DNA of 64,000 bases from Lama glama. Lineage: Eukaryota. Of this stretch, positions 50,478 to 63,864 are shown in pieces (within the stretch, counting starts at the first letter, position 1; every line of letters begins with the position of its first letter). The stretch spans positions 77,750,001-77,814,000 of the forward strand of contig CM052817.1 of NCBI GenBank assembly GCA_028534125.1, given 5' to 3'. The position numbers and the translations under genes are program-made. Under the pieces are notes generated by a model that was not told the DNA's origin, made no database searches, and saw only the letters and a list, made by a program, of their open reading frames with translations.

Positions 50478-51290
50478 TTTATTTTTTTAGTACAGTTTCA
50501 GATTTTCAGAAAAATTGAGCAGATAGTACAGAGTACCATATACCCAACACCCTATGCTGCACTCAATTTCCCTTACTGTTACATCTTACATTAGTGTGGT
50601 ACATTTTTTACAATTTATGAACCAATATCAATACATTATTACTAACTGAAATCCATAGTTTACATTAAGGTTCAGTCTGTGTTATACAGTTCTGTGGATT
50701 TTGAAAAATGCATAATGTCATGTATCCCCCACAACAGTTTCATGGGGAATTATTCCACTACTCTAAAATGCCCTGTGCTTCACCTATTTATCCCTCCTCC
50801 ATCCCCCTGAATCCCTGGTAACCAGTGATCTTCTTATAGGCACCATATCTTTGCCTTTTCCAAAATGTCATGTAGTTGGAATCATATAGTATGTCACCTT
50901 TTTAGACTGTCCTTTTTCACCCTAAAAGTTCCCCTCTGTAATTTGCAGCCAATCCTTTCTTCTGTGCCTAGCCTCAGGCAACCGCTGATCTGTTTTCTTA
51001 CTCCATGGTGTTGTCTCTTCTAAAAATTTTATATACATGTAATAATACAACATACAGACTTTTGTAAATGGCTTTGTTTAGCAGCATAATATTTTTCAAC
51101 TTTATCTCTTTATTGCATGTATCAGTAATTTGTTCCATTTTTTACTGTTGAATAGTGTTCTGTTGTAGGAATATATCACATTTCTTTTGTCCTTTTACCT
51201 GTTAATGGACATTTGGATTGTATCTATTTTAAGCTATTATGAATAACAGTGATATGAACATCTACATAAAAGGCTTTATGTGAACATAAG
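50478..51290 (-). mobile_element. Two adjacent antisense L1 3' ends (L1MC-type 50478-~50920, older L1M ~50920-51290)
   Basis: The first reads 'cagtttcagattttcagaaaaattgagcagatagtacagag...aaatccatagtttacattaaggttca'. The second reads 'gcctcaggcaaccgctgatctg...tggacatttggattg'. Confidence 0.8.
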
Positions 51291-51299
51291 GTCTTGTTA

Positions 51300-54200
51300 T
51301 GTGAACAATTTTAAATTGTTCCTGGACTTCAGAAGAATATGTATTCTCCAATTGTTCTATGCAGTATTTTATATATAAATCAAACTTGTTAACTGTGATT
51401 AGAATTTGTATGCTTGCTTTTTAAAAATCTTGTTGACATAGTAATTGCTAAGAAAGGTGTGTTAAAATCTCCACCATGATTATTCCTTTTAGTCCTATCA
51501 GTTTTTTTTGGTGTATTTTTGTGCTGTGTTATTACTTGCATGTATGTTTTGTATTTTATGGTGATCTACTTTGTTCATAGTAAGACTTTTTAGTATTAAG
51601 GTCTAATTTGTTGACATTGATACAGCTAAAACAGATTTATTTGGCTATTATTTGTTTGACATATCTTTTCTGATTTACTTTCAAACTTTCTGTATAGTCG
51701 TGTTTTCAATATGTTTCTTTTAAATAACATACAGCTGATTTTTTTTTCAAGTCTGAAAATCTTTGTCTTTTAACTGAATCATTTAGGCCATTTAGATTTG
51801 TTGTAATTACTACCATATTAGAATTTATTAATATTATTTTGTGTTTTACATGTGTGCTGCCTTTCTTCTGTTCCCATTTTTTCCCTCATATTCATTTGGA
51901 TTGATTTAATATTTTCCTTTATCAATATATTTCTCTACTTATTAGTCTGGAAATGATACATAGTTTCTATTTTTCTGGTAATTGTCCTGCAGATTTTATC
52001 ATTCATATATTATCAAAATCTGAAGTTAATTAATATCTATGCCCTCCTTCTACACAATATACAATGAAGGGCTTTAACTTTTTCAACAACAAACTTCACA
52101 ATTCAAAAAATATTTTTTCACTAACAATTTTTATTATGACATATTGTCATATACTTCTGGTCTTTCTTTTATACACCAAAAGGTATTGTAATGTTTTTCT
52201 AAATACACAAAGTATTTAGATTTACTCTTATATTTATCATATTTTTTAAAAATTAGCATTTCTTTTTGTTTCTCAGAATTTCCATTTGGAATCAGTTTCC
52301 TTCTTTATGAAATATATTCTGTATAATTTTTCTGTATTTCTTAATTATCAACTTTCTCATTTTTGGTAGCTGAAAATATATTCACCCTAATTTTGAATTT
52401 TATTTCTAGAAATAAAATTAATTAATTAATTTCTTGAAATAAAATTTCAAGTTTACAGTTATTTCCAAACTCTTTTGACTTCTATAGTTGTTACTAAGTA
52501 GTCAGATATCAGTATTGTTTTCCTTTGATGATAATTTGTCATTTTCATTAGGGTCTTCTTAACATAATTTGTGTATTTTTTAATGTCTGTATTTTAATTT
52601 ATTTATAATTAAATTATCCCACTTAGATAAATTGTGCATCCTGAATCTGACCTGCTATACTTCTCTAAAAATGCAATATCCTGAGATATTATCTATTTAT
52701 ATATTGCTTCAGTCTAATTAGTCTTCTGCTTTTCTTCTGGATGCCAATCAGGTATTTTTTAAAACTACTCATTCTATCCTATTTGTCTCAAACGCTCTTT
52801 CATTTTTTTCGCTTGTCTCTTTGCTGGGCTAATCATAATTTCTTCTAATCTTTCAGTTAGATAACTCTAGTCAGCTATGTCTAACAAAATACATTAGTTC
52901 TCTCCTACAGTTCTTTCAACTGTTATGTTCCAATTTCTCTCTCAAGAAGCAATAGCTTTTAACTCTTCCTAAAACTGTCTTTTATTATTTATACATCTCT
53001 ATTTTTCCAAATAAATGTGTTTTGCCCTTTAATTAATCAACTTTAAAGATTATTGATTTACTTTCTATTATAATGAATGATGTTTTAGGACTTCCATACA
53101 CCATCTCCTCTTCTCCCTTCTTCTATCTTTTTAGTATAATTAAATTACGGTTTTGGTTAAATCAATATTCACTGTTTAGTTATGATGTCTGTGTAACTGT
53201 TGTTCATGGTATAAAATATAGTAGTTTGTTTCCTTTCTTACCTTTAGTTTTAACTAAGTTCAATGATTGAATTTTTTCCATTTCCTTATTTTTTGTATTT
53301 ATATCTCTTTCCCCCCATGATTTCGAATAATATCTCTATATAATTTCTACAATGTTAATCACATAAGTAAATTTATAATTTTAGATGTTTTTGGAAACAT
53401 CTCTATGATTGGCTTTCATTTTGCTTCCATCTTGGCTGGTTTCTCTTTAGCCTTTCTATACAGTAGTCATCCTGGAGCTTCTCTTTCTGATTATTTTGGG
53501 TATTTCCTTTGCCTTATTCCTAAGTTGGATTCCAAGTTTACTTTCTTGCCCATGTGCTCTTGCTTTTTCTCATTTCCCATATATTGTCTTGTTTTGAAGG
53601 AATAGATTCTTCAGTACTTCGTAAGTTTAGAAAGATGATACAATGGAAAAGGGCATTTTGATGACTGTCCTCAACATATATGTCTCTTTAGTCCTTCTAC
53701 TGTAATTGGACTACTTTTCCACTGCACTAAACGGTTGTTGTTTTGGCATTTCCCTTGAATGCAATCCTGTTAGATCTTTTGCTTTTCTCTTGTGTTCAGT
53801 CTCTTCTTTTCTGTATCTTATTTCTTCCTCTTTCTTGATTCATTTCCTTTTTTGTTGGAAGACATCCTTCAGTTACTTTCTGAGCAAAGATGTGTGTGAG
53901 AGAGTTTTGAGAACTTAATGTACCTATAAAAGTCTTCGGATTATCTTTATCTTTGATTTATGGTTTGGGTAAAGTTGGAATTATTCTTTCCTCTGAATTT
54001 GATGGGATTTTCTCACTTGCCTTCAGTGTTATTGCTGAGTACTCTCAGACTGTTTGATTTCTTATTTATAAAGTAACTTGTTTCCCCTCATTCCTAGTGG
54101 TCTGAAATGTCATAATGATATACTTTGAGGAGGGTTAATTTTCATCCCTTGAAACTTTTCTAGGAATTTATGTCCTTCACTTTTAGGAAATTTTCTTAAA

Positions 54201-55340
54201 TTATTTTATTAATGGCTTCTATACATCCATTTTCTCTGTTTTGTTTGTTTTATTTTGTGGGATTTTTGTGTGTGTGTGTGTATCATCTCTTTTTAGCCTT
54301 TATTATCCAGGTGCTGTTATTTTGGCCTGGTTCTCTTATTTTGTCTATTTTTCCTTGCTTTCTGTTTCTTTGTCATTTTCTTCCCTTTCTTGGAGATTTT
54401 CTTAACTACATTTTTTAACCCTTCTATTGAATTTTCCATTTCTAGATATCTATACTTATTTTGAGGACTTCTTTATTAATCTCTGAATTTTTTAATCCAT
54501 CCTTTTAAAATTTTACCATTTCATGATTGTAATATGTATTCTTACTTATTAATGATAGATATTGAAATTTTTTCTTCTGTCATGTCAGTTTTTCAAAGTT
54601 ACTTTGTCTGTTTGAAACCATGTTAAAGACTTTACCCAAATTTCTGGTGTCTTTGGTATTATCCTCATACTTACGAATGGGAGACTAAAATGGTAATTGG
54701 AAACTCTGAAAATATAGGTGGAAATTACTGATTTTAGCTTCTATAGAGTGATCTAAATGGGATTGTTGCTGGAGAACCCCAGTATCCCAATTCTTTAAAT
54801 TTTCCTAAGACTGGTGTTCTAAGAGAGTTTTCTTTCACAAAAGACTCTTTGGAATGTGAAGATCATTGCTCTGGCAGTTGAGTGAGGAAAATAGATTGTG
54901 TCTCAGCTTTCAATATTTAATATGTATTCAGTTAATATGAGTTAGTTCTACATTTCACCAGAAAATAATTCACCAGTCTTCAGCAAGGATTTAGGAAGGG
55001 TAGATATCAGATTAATGAGAGGGAAGTGTGTCTAGGGAAATCCTAATTTATCACACATTTCTTACCCAATACTCCTTATTTTAACTTCCCCTTTAAACTA
55101 TAAATTCCAGAAAAACCTCTTGTTACAATTCCTGAACCTTTAGAGGATTCTTCTGTGTAAACCTAAGTTCTTAGATTTTGCTACTGCTGATTTTAAATTA
55201 GGCATTCTCACTCCCACATATTTCTTAGGTTCCAGAAGTTTGTTACTTCTCTTGTTTTCCTCGTGAATTTCTGTCTTTAAAATATGCAGTTATACTGAGG
55301 TTTCTGAGGCAGTGAATTGAATGCGTTTGTAAAATCTACT
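51300..55340 (-). mobile_element. Long ancient L1 (L1ME-type) antisense region, heavily decayed
   Basis: About 4 kb of strongly T-biased sequence with L1 antisense motifs 'gaagaatatgtattctcc', 'gtgttaaaatctccaccatgatt', 'gtctgaaaatctttgtcttttaactg' and 'gttattgctgag...ctgtttgatt'. Confidence 0.65.
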
Positions 55341-56859
55341 CTTTTAACTCAGATTTTTTTCCTTGACTTCAGAGGGTGACAGATGAAGACTTGTCTTACC
55401 ATTTATGAGAATACTATGACAATTTAAGTATGTAAAATTAGAATATATCTAATGAACTTCACCTATCTCTTAATTTATTTTAAGCATTACTTATTTTTAT
55501 GAATGTAGAATATTCCCATGACAACAAGCAAATTATCTTTGACAATAAAGTTTTAATGTTTTAATGACTACCAATTATTCTTGTGTGTTTGGCAATTAGC
55601 AATTATTTAGAATTTAGTCACAGTAAATTCACATAGTACATATTCCTTTTAAGCAGTTTCCAAACTTCTCTCCTAAATTGATTATTGCCTTCATAAGAAA
55701 AATTTGTCTTTATCACAACTGTAAGCGCAGTAGAACCTACAGTAAGACTGTCCTTGCTCTGGATATTCCCCATATGTCTCAGAGCACTAATTTTATTTTG
55801 TGTGCATGTAAGAGAGGGAAAACCAACAGGACTGAAGGACATTATGCTCTACTTGGATGTCATAGTTTAACAGTAGGTAATCTAGAGAATTCATTTATAT
55901 AACATTTTCAAAGCTAGTAAAATTTCATAAAACCCTTAAAGAATCTATTTTAGTTTTCTTTTCTGGAATTCTTATTAAAATAATCCATCTGATTATCATC
56001 TGCACTTAGGCAAAAGAAAAACTTACTGGCACTGTATATGATACAACCAGTTCTGAGCTTCAGTTTTTCCAATTGTTGTGCCAAAACTATTTTAAAATGG
56101 CACCTGAGCTTAGGATTGCTTAATATGTTCCTTGAACCTTACTTGGTAAAAGATAAGTTTATGTTTTCAAGGCTATCCTGTGATTTCTGTTTTCAGTTCA
56201 GTTTAATATGAATGTTTTAAGTTTGCATGATTCTAACAAGAATACAATGTTAAAACCTGAGGGCTTTTGGCTTTACAAATGAAATCAAAATAAATAAAGT
56301 GAGAAGACTGACTTTACATTATTCAAATAGCTTTTTTAATTTTTAGAAATTAAACTTGAGATTAGTCAATCCATGTTTGGAAAAATTTTTCAGTTAATGT
56401 TTGCGGAGACAATATTTTAAACCTCTTTTCAAATTAGAATAGATGAATGTTGTAACTGTTTGATGCAATCCAGTTTTGTAACTTTGCTTTTTTCTTCATT
56501 AGACCTAATTTGTGTTGTTTGAATAAATAATTCCCAAAAGAATTCCCCCACTCAAAATGAGGTCTGAAAATATATTGCAAGTTACCTGCTTTTCTCACTA
56601 TCTTGAAACAAGATTAGTTAGATTTATAAATGGCGGGTTAAGTGATTTTATTTAATGTTAGCTGTTCCCCTAAATAGTCTGTCCCTTCTAAAAGAGCAAG
56701 TTATTGATTTTTTTCCCCAAGAATTGCACCTATAAGAGGGAGATGAAAGTAGTGTTAATAATGAAAAGGATCTTCATTTGAAAACAACTAAAATGAGTGA
56801 TAGCCTAGTCTAGGTTTCTTCTTTCATTGGCATATGAGAGTCAGAGAAAATAAGAGTAA

Positions 56860-57080
56860 TAAACATTGTGAACATTTACTACATGTCAGACCCCATTTTA
56901 TAAGTTTTATGTGCATTAACTTATCTTCACAACAGCCTTGTAAAGTAGATACAATTATTATCATCCCCATTTCATAGATGAAGAAACAGAGTCATGTGAC
57001 TAATATATAGTAAAGCTGAACTTAGCATCCAGACAGTCTGACTCTGGAGTCCACAAGCTTAATCACCACTCTAAACTGCT
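56860..57080 (-). mobile_element. MIR SINE
   Basis: Reads 'tcttcacaacagccttgtaaagtagatacaattattatcatccccatttcatagatgaagaaacaga...cagtctgactctggagtcc'. Confidence 0.85.
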
Positions 57081-57339
57081 GCTACTAAAAGAGAATTCTC
57101 CAGAAAAATAGGAGATTGCTACCAAACAAAAGAAAAATAAAGGGAGGTGGGGAAGAACACAAACCAAATGATTCAAGCTCATTGTGGCTCTGGTTTACCA
57201 AGCAGGACGCTAATCAGTATTATTGTGAGATTTTAACCTTATTCGGCTTATAGAGAGAGAAGAGCAACTAAAATAAAGATGGCTAAAGTAAATGTATCTC
57301 ATGAAAATTTAGTAATTTTTTTCTCAATTATTTATTCTA

Positions 57340-57880
57340 CTGACTTCATTGTGATGGCAAATGGAGGATGAAAGTGGAAGCAATTTGAGAGTCACATTAA
57401 TTCTGAAGTGCTTATTAGACATCCAAATAGCAATGTCAAGTAAGCTGTTGGATGAATGTAACTTAAGTTCAGAAGGAAAGCCTGGGCTAGAGATATAAAT
57501 TTTGGAATCATTATGAAATAATGGTATTTAAAGTCATGAAATTGACTGGTATTAGCTAGGAAGAGGATAGAGAAAGAGAAGGAAATCATACTAGGGTAAG
57601 AGGAGAAGACAATAAAGGAGATTGGGAAAGAGCAGTCAATAGAATAACAGGAAATGCAGGAATGTGTGGTGCAGGCAAAGCCAGGAAAGGAAAGTGAGAA
57701 CAGTCAAACCTGCCAAGGCTGCTGAGGGTTAGACTATGTGAAAGGAAAATTTCACTGGGTTTGGCAACGTGGAACTCATGGATGAATTTAGCAAAACTAG
57801 TTTTAGTGGAATGTGGAGAAGGAAGCTAGATTGAAGTGGATTGAAAAATTAAGGGGGAGTGAGCATGAGTAGACTGATAC
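57340..57880 (-). mobile_element. L2 LINE fragment
   Basis: Reads 'gtgcttattagacatccaaatagcaatgtcaagtaagctgttggat...gggctagagatataaattttggaatcatt...ttagtggaatgtgg'. Confidence 0.8.
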
Positions 57881-58344
57881 AGAGAGAGCCTTGGTAGAGT
57901 AATTGTACCATACTACTTGTAATTGTTCTCATTAGACAAAGTCCGGCTATAATCACTGACCTCCTCAACTCTGTGGAACTGCCATTTCACGTGATGCTAT
58001 CATGTTTTCTCTGTATTTGTTTACCTCTTATTTATCCTTCCACCTTATCTTTCCCTTTAAAATCCCATCACTGTGTCTTAGGGAATTAATTTTTATGGTT
58101 AAAAGTCCACAACCAAATCTTTGAATGTATTTCTACTTCCTTTATCTTAGCCTTGACTGCAGGGACATTGTTTCCCCTCACATGCCATACGGGCCTGGAG
58201 TGGGAGCATTATCCTTGTTCACTGTTGCCATTTTCAGGCAATACCCCTGCTCTTTTGAGTTTTCCCAAACAGTTGGATGAGGTTTTACTTATCTTTATAA
58301 AATAGCAGAACGCTCAGAGTCTTATGTATAGTGTTCACTGTACT

Positions 58345-58428
58345 GTGTATTTATTTTAGATAAGAGACGTGAACGTCCACGGATTTTGGTACCAAAGGAG
58401 CTCCTGTGGGATACTGAGGTACAACTGT
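58345..58428. mobile_element. MER2/Tigger-type DNA transposon terminal fragment
   Basis: 'taagagacgtgaacgtccacggattttggtacc...ggatactgaggtacaactg' resembles the MER2 end. Confidence 0.6.
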
Positions 58429-59478
58429 GTTTTTTCTGTTGCTGATGACCTTCAAGGCTCTTGTATTTGTTTTTTCCCTATTAATATTATCTAATATTAT
58501 ACTATTATTTAGGGCCAGACTATAACTCAAAGAAGCATTGTTTCTTTTATATCAGAGAGTAAGGATTTTGATTATGCAATTTTCGTCTCTACTGTCTTTG
58601 GATATTATCTCTGAAAAACAAGAAACTAACACATTTTTTCTAAATATAAAACACCAAAAATAGTCATGTGTAGAACAATAATGTGAAATAATGCTACCAC
58701 TGAGAAAACTTGGGAGCTAATACAGTACACATAAAAGTAGGTAAAAACTGGTGTAACTTTTTGATTGTAAAAATATTTCATATGTTTATTTTCATTTTAA
58801 TTTCTAGATTACAAAGTGTTTTGCCAAAGCAAAATTTTTCTCTGAATTTATAATCCAATTTATCTTCATGAAATGTTCATCTTTTTCTAATTCAACTTTT
58901 AACTCTAAGAAACATTTGAGTCCTAGGAAATTTATCTCTTTGGTGCAAGAATTTTTCAGTGTAAATGAATGACTATTCAGGTTTGATTAACTCAATTTGA
59001 TTAAAAAGATTGAGTGCCCAAGTAGTTGTATAATCTGTGATTTCAGATAATCTTTTAATATTCAAACACTTTTTTTTCATATACCCATAATTAAACCCAT
59101 GGTTACCATAATTTCTATGTCTGTTATTTATCACTCACCCAATCATCTCAATGTAGTTTCTTGGTAAGAATAAATGATGTATTGGGCCATGGCTACTTTT
59201 GTTATTTAGCATAACAACTTGGAAATGAACCTCCATTCATGATTGTTTTTTACCTAAGAATAAGCCCCAGTGTGGAAAATAAACCTCTGGATGCCAGAGA
59301 GATTAATTAGTGATACGAACTCTTGAGGCCCTCACTGTCAGTTCTCAGCCCTGTCTTCTAAGCTAAGACCTTTCTCTGATTTGTAAATGTAATGTGATTT
59401 TTCTTTTAGAAAATGATCACATATTTCAAGAGTCTAATATATTTGATTGTCAATTTGACTTTTCTTTTTAAATATAAG

Positions 59479-59577
59479 ATAAGATAGTTCAAGGCAGAGA
59501 CTCAGTTCTTTTGACTGAATCTCCTCAGGCTGATGATGCTACGATTAAAACAACAGTAACAAATGTGAAATCTATGG
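59479..59577 (+). other. Candidate 99-nt symmetric (phase 1-1) exon of an unidentified gene
   Basis: The acceptor reads 'ttgacttttctttttaaatataag'. The frame xKIVQGRDSVLLTESPQADDATIKTTVTNVKSM is open, and the donor is G|GTTAGG. I recognise no homologue. Confidence 0.2.
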
Positions 59578-59989
59578 GTTAGGTAGACTGAATTTCTTGA
59601 TCGCAAGTAGAAAATGATTTTGAAGGCAGATAGAAAATGATTGTGAAGGTAGATTATTTTCCAAGCTTTATAGTAATAGACAGTTTTTTGAATAACTTGC
59701 AGTTACTGATCCCCAGAAAAATAGCATTGATTCTATTGAAACCATTTTTTGGTATTAAATACACACACTTTGTAGATCTTTATTTTTCTCACATAAATAT
59801 TGTATATTTCCTACTTCCCTTTTGCGTCTGTGTAAAACAGAATCACACAGCTTTTCATACACTGAGTATGAATTATTTTTCTTTTTTGACTTAAGTTACT
59901 ACCAAACAGTATAGATTTGGAAACAAATAAATCGATCTCAGTTGAAATTTTCTTCTTTAAATATGAAGAATTTGCAGGTCAGAGCTGTT

Positions 59990-60115
59990 TAAGTATTAAT
60001 GTATTAGTTTATGAGTTTAGGCAAGTCATTAAACTTCTCAGGATTTCACTTACCTCATCAATGAAGTGAAAAACTTGGACTAAATTACAAATCCTCATAG
60101 TGCTAAAATTCAGTT
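59990..60115 (+). mobile_element. MIR SINE fragment
   Basis: Reads 'taggcaagtcattaaacttctcaggatttcacttacctcatcaatgaagtg...ttggactaaat'. Confidence 0.7.
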
Positions 60116-61157
60116 ATTATTTGATTGTCATGAATCGGTCTAAGATTAAAAATTAAAAGTTGAGCAATGGATGTTTAATAATCATGAAAGAATTATTAAG
60201 TGCTAAATTTATGCATGATGTTTATGACGTTTAATGTTATTCCATAAAATTTAAAGAATTAAGTCTCTACCTTGACCTGGCTTATCTTTAAAAAGGAAGA
60301 GTCAAATAGACAACCAGGTACATTAAAGAAGATATTCTACATATCTTGTTTTATTTCTTCATCCAATCTATAACATCTCATAGCTAGACCTCGTGCAGGG
60401 AACAGAGGATTCAGAGATGAATAAAACATGGATTCTAACCTCAAGGAGTTTGCAATCTATTTAATATGTTTAAAAGCCACAGCAAATGTATGACCATGGA
60501 AAACCAAGTAGTAAATTTAGAAGTTGGGTTTTTGTGTACTCTTCAGAACTGACTAATTTTCCTTTATTAAATTAGTCGCTTTCCATGTAAGTGCTAAACT
60601 CTTGGATGTTGTGCAATAGTATTTCACAATGCCATTATTTTTCCTAGTTTGCAAGCTTGATGAAGGCAGGGACATGTCTTTCTTATTTAAAGTTGTAATG
60701 CTAGCACTTTTTTTTTTTTTGAGTACAGTGATCAGAATGGAGAAGATGCTTTGATGTTTGTTGAAGTGAATTAAAGGCATAAGCATATGTTGGTATTTCT
60801 CATTATATCATTTTACTTATTACTTCAGAGTATACACATACAGACTAGTGCACAAAATACTAATGTGTAGCTCACTGAGTTATGGTAAATAAGCACTTGT
60901 ATAGCCACCACCAAGGTCAGTAAAAAGATCATTGCCCCCTGTCAACACTACTCCTTCTCTTCTTCCCAAAATTGCACCTTCTGACTTCTTGTACTATCCA
61001 CTGTGGCGCGAGAGGCTGCCGAAAGCATTACTCAGGCTTTCATTACCTCTAGGGGGATTAGGAGGCACTAAGTGGGAAATTCCAGTCTCTACATGTCTTT
61101 CTTCTGACTCTTGGTCCTTGTAATTTAGTCTGTCATAACTGGAAGATCATAATTTTT

Positions 61158-61213
61158 TAAATTGAAGTATAGTCGATTTACAGTGTTGTTTTAGTCTCTG
61201 GTGTACATCAGAG
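61158..61213 (-). mobile_element. Ultra-short (56 bp) L1 3'-tip insertion with TSD
   Basis: The insert is the reverse complement of the L1 3' end seen at ~40437-40490. The 14-bp TSD agatcataattttt lies at 61144-61157 and 61214-61227. Confidence 0.88.
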
Positions 61214-62164
61214 AGATCATAATTTTTAAAATCAAGGCCCAGAGGTCATCCTGAAAATAATTACTAATTTTACAACTGAACTATAAACAGATATGTTGAT
61301 TTATAGGTTTTCAAATTATTCTTACTATTTACCAATATTTGGTCTTCAGTTTTGATGCTTATAGTTAAATACATAAATATTGTCATATACTCAGAATTTG
61401 ATACCCAGATTCACATGAAATAAATGAAGGAAAATAAGTTTTCAGGTGATAGTAATGCTTTTATAATAAATTTTATTATACATTTTAATCTAATCACACA
61501 TTTGGTTAGCACAATATACTATATATTATCTTCTTCTAACAAATTAATTTGTCACAAAATTATTTAAGTATCAGTTCCTTCATAGAATTTTTAACATATG
61601 ATTCATTTTGGGAAGAACATATATATACTTTCAGGACTATAAACCTAAGGAAAACATACTCATATTTTATAATTGGACACTAATTTTGAATATTATGCCC
61701 CTCACATTTCTGGGAATTAAAAATACGGGAAGAGAAACTGGAGTAAACAGTCACACTAAAACATGGGTTAGATTCTCTCAGCATCGCACAGTCCTGAATA
61801 CGATTGTGTTACTTGCCATGTAGAACTATATTAATGACAACCTAACTTTTTTTCATTTAAATTAAAGAGATTAACTTTATTCAAGAATCAGCAGGCTACC
61901 CAAAAAGAAATATCAAAATACCTGTTTCTGTCTAGTCTTTTATCTGTCTTTAAGTAATTGGAGATACTTATCATTTGGGGTTTAAATTAATCTCAGATAT
62001 TTCAAAGTGGTCTGTGATACAACCTTACCATTCTTTAAAAATAATAAGAATTACATGAGCTGAGGAGTTCGAGAGAGCTGAGTAATCAATGTCCTGACAC
62101 GTGGAAAAAGGATTGGGGGGGGTGTGTGTGTATCTATACATCTATTTTGGTTGTTTTTAAAACA

Positions 62165-63725
62165 TTAATAAACTTTATTTTTAGAGCAGTTTTAGGTTCA
62201 CAGCAAAATTAAGAGGAGGGCTGAGAAACTCCTCTATACCCTCTACCACCACCCATGCACAGGCTCCCCCATTATCAACATCTCTCACCAGAGTATACTT
62301 ATTATAACTGGTGAACCTACATTGACACATCTTTATCATCCAAAGTCCATAGTTGACATTAGGGTTCACTCTTAGTGTTAAACATTCTGTGGGTTTGGAC
62401 AAATGTATAATGACATGTATCCATCATGTAGTATCACAGAGTATTTTCACTTCCCTGAAAATCCTCTGTGTTCTGCCTCCGCCCAACACTGGCAACTACT
62501 AACCTTTTTACTGTCTCTATAGTTTTGCCTTTTCTGGAATTCAAATAGTTGGAATCATGCAACATGTAAGTAGCCCTTTCAGATTGGCTTATTTCACTTA
62601 TTAGTATGTGTTTAAGATTCCTCCATGTCTTTTTATGGATTGATAACTCATTTTTAGCACTGAATACTATTCCACTGTCTGTATATATCACAGTTTATTT
62701 ATGCATTCACCTTGTAAAGGACATCTTGAATGCTTCCAAGTTTTGGCAGTTATGAATAAAGTTGCTGTGAGCTTTCATTTAAGGTTTTTGTGTGGACATA
62801 GACTTCAACATTTGTGTAAATACCAAGGATTGTAATTACTGGATTGTATGTTAAGAGTATGTTTAGTTTTTTACGAAAGTAATTGTATCATTTTGCATTC
62901 CTACCAGCAATATATGAATTTGTGTTGCTCTGCAACCTCTCCAGCACTTGCTGTTATTGTCAGTGTTTTGAATTTTGGCCATTCTAATAGGTGTATAGTG
63001 GCATCTCACTGTTTTAAATCTCAGTTCCATAATGACATATGATGTTGAACACCTCCTCATATGCTTGCTTGCCATCTGTGTATCTTCTTTAGTTAGGTGT
63101 CTGTTAAGACATTTTGCCCGTTAAAAAAATCAGATTATTTATTTTCTTATTGTTGAACTTTGTAAATGTTGGATAACAGTCCTTTATCAGATATACCTTT
63201 TGCAAATATTTTCTCCCGGTCTTGTCTTCTCCTACTCTTGACATTGTCTTTTGCAGACCAGAAGTTTTTAATTGTAGTGAAGTCCAGCATATCAGTTCTG
63301 TTTTTCATGGATTGTACCTTGGTGTTGTATTTAAAATGTCATCATGACACCTGTCACCTAGATTTTCTCCTCTGTTATGTTCCAGGACTTTTATAGTTTT
63401 GCATTTTACATTTAGGTCTGTGATCCATTTGAGTTAGTTTTGTGGGTGATGTAAGTAAGATCTGTGTCTAGATTCTTTTTTTTTTTTAAGAGGGTGGGTG
63501 TCCAATTGTTCCAACATCATTTGTTGAAAAGACTGTCTTTGTTCCTCTGTATTGCCTTTGCTCCTTTGTCAAAGGTGAATTAACTATATGTAGCTCCATT
63601 TCTAGGCTCTCTATGCTGTTCCCTAGATTTATTTGTTTATTCTTTTGCCAATATCACACTCTCTGGATCACTGCAGCTTTATAGTAAGTTTTGTAGTCAA
63701 GTAGTGTCAGTCCTCTGACTTGCTT
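62165..63725 (-). mobile_element. L1MC-type LINE 3' region (3'UTR plus ORF2 C-terminus)
   Basis: Begins 'tttagagcagttttaggttcacagcaaaatt'. Minus-strand ORF 62863-63075 reads KHMRRCSTS...HYTPIRMAKIQNTDNNSKCWRGC, an L1 ORF2 remnant. Confidence 0.9.
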
Positions 63726-63807
63726 TTATTTACTGAAAAGCTTCTTCCTGGTTGCTCCAGTACCTCTACAATTACTTTATTTTGGTGGCTTCATGCATGT
63801 ATGTTTT

Positions 63808-63864
63808 CTTTAAATTGAAGTATAGTTGATTTATAGTGTTGTGTTAGTTTCTGGTGTACAGTAC
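63808..63864 (-). mobile_element. Second ultra-short L1 3'-tip fragment
   Basis: Reads 'taaattgaagtatagttgatttatagtgttgtgttagtttctggtgtaca', nearly identical to 61158-61207. No clear TSD is visible. Confidence 0.85.

Noticed and set aside
57936..57990. Possible exon QSPAIITDLLNSVELPFH
   Set aside because: There is no convincing donor site and I recognise no homologue.
59531..59591. C/D box snoRNA (TGATGA...CTGA)
   Set aside because: There is no terminal stem and no recognisable guide or D'/C' boxes.
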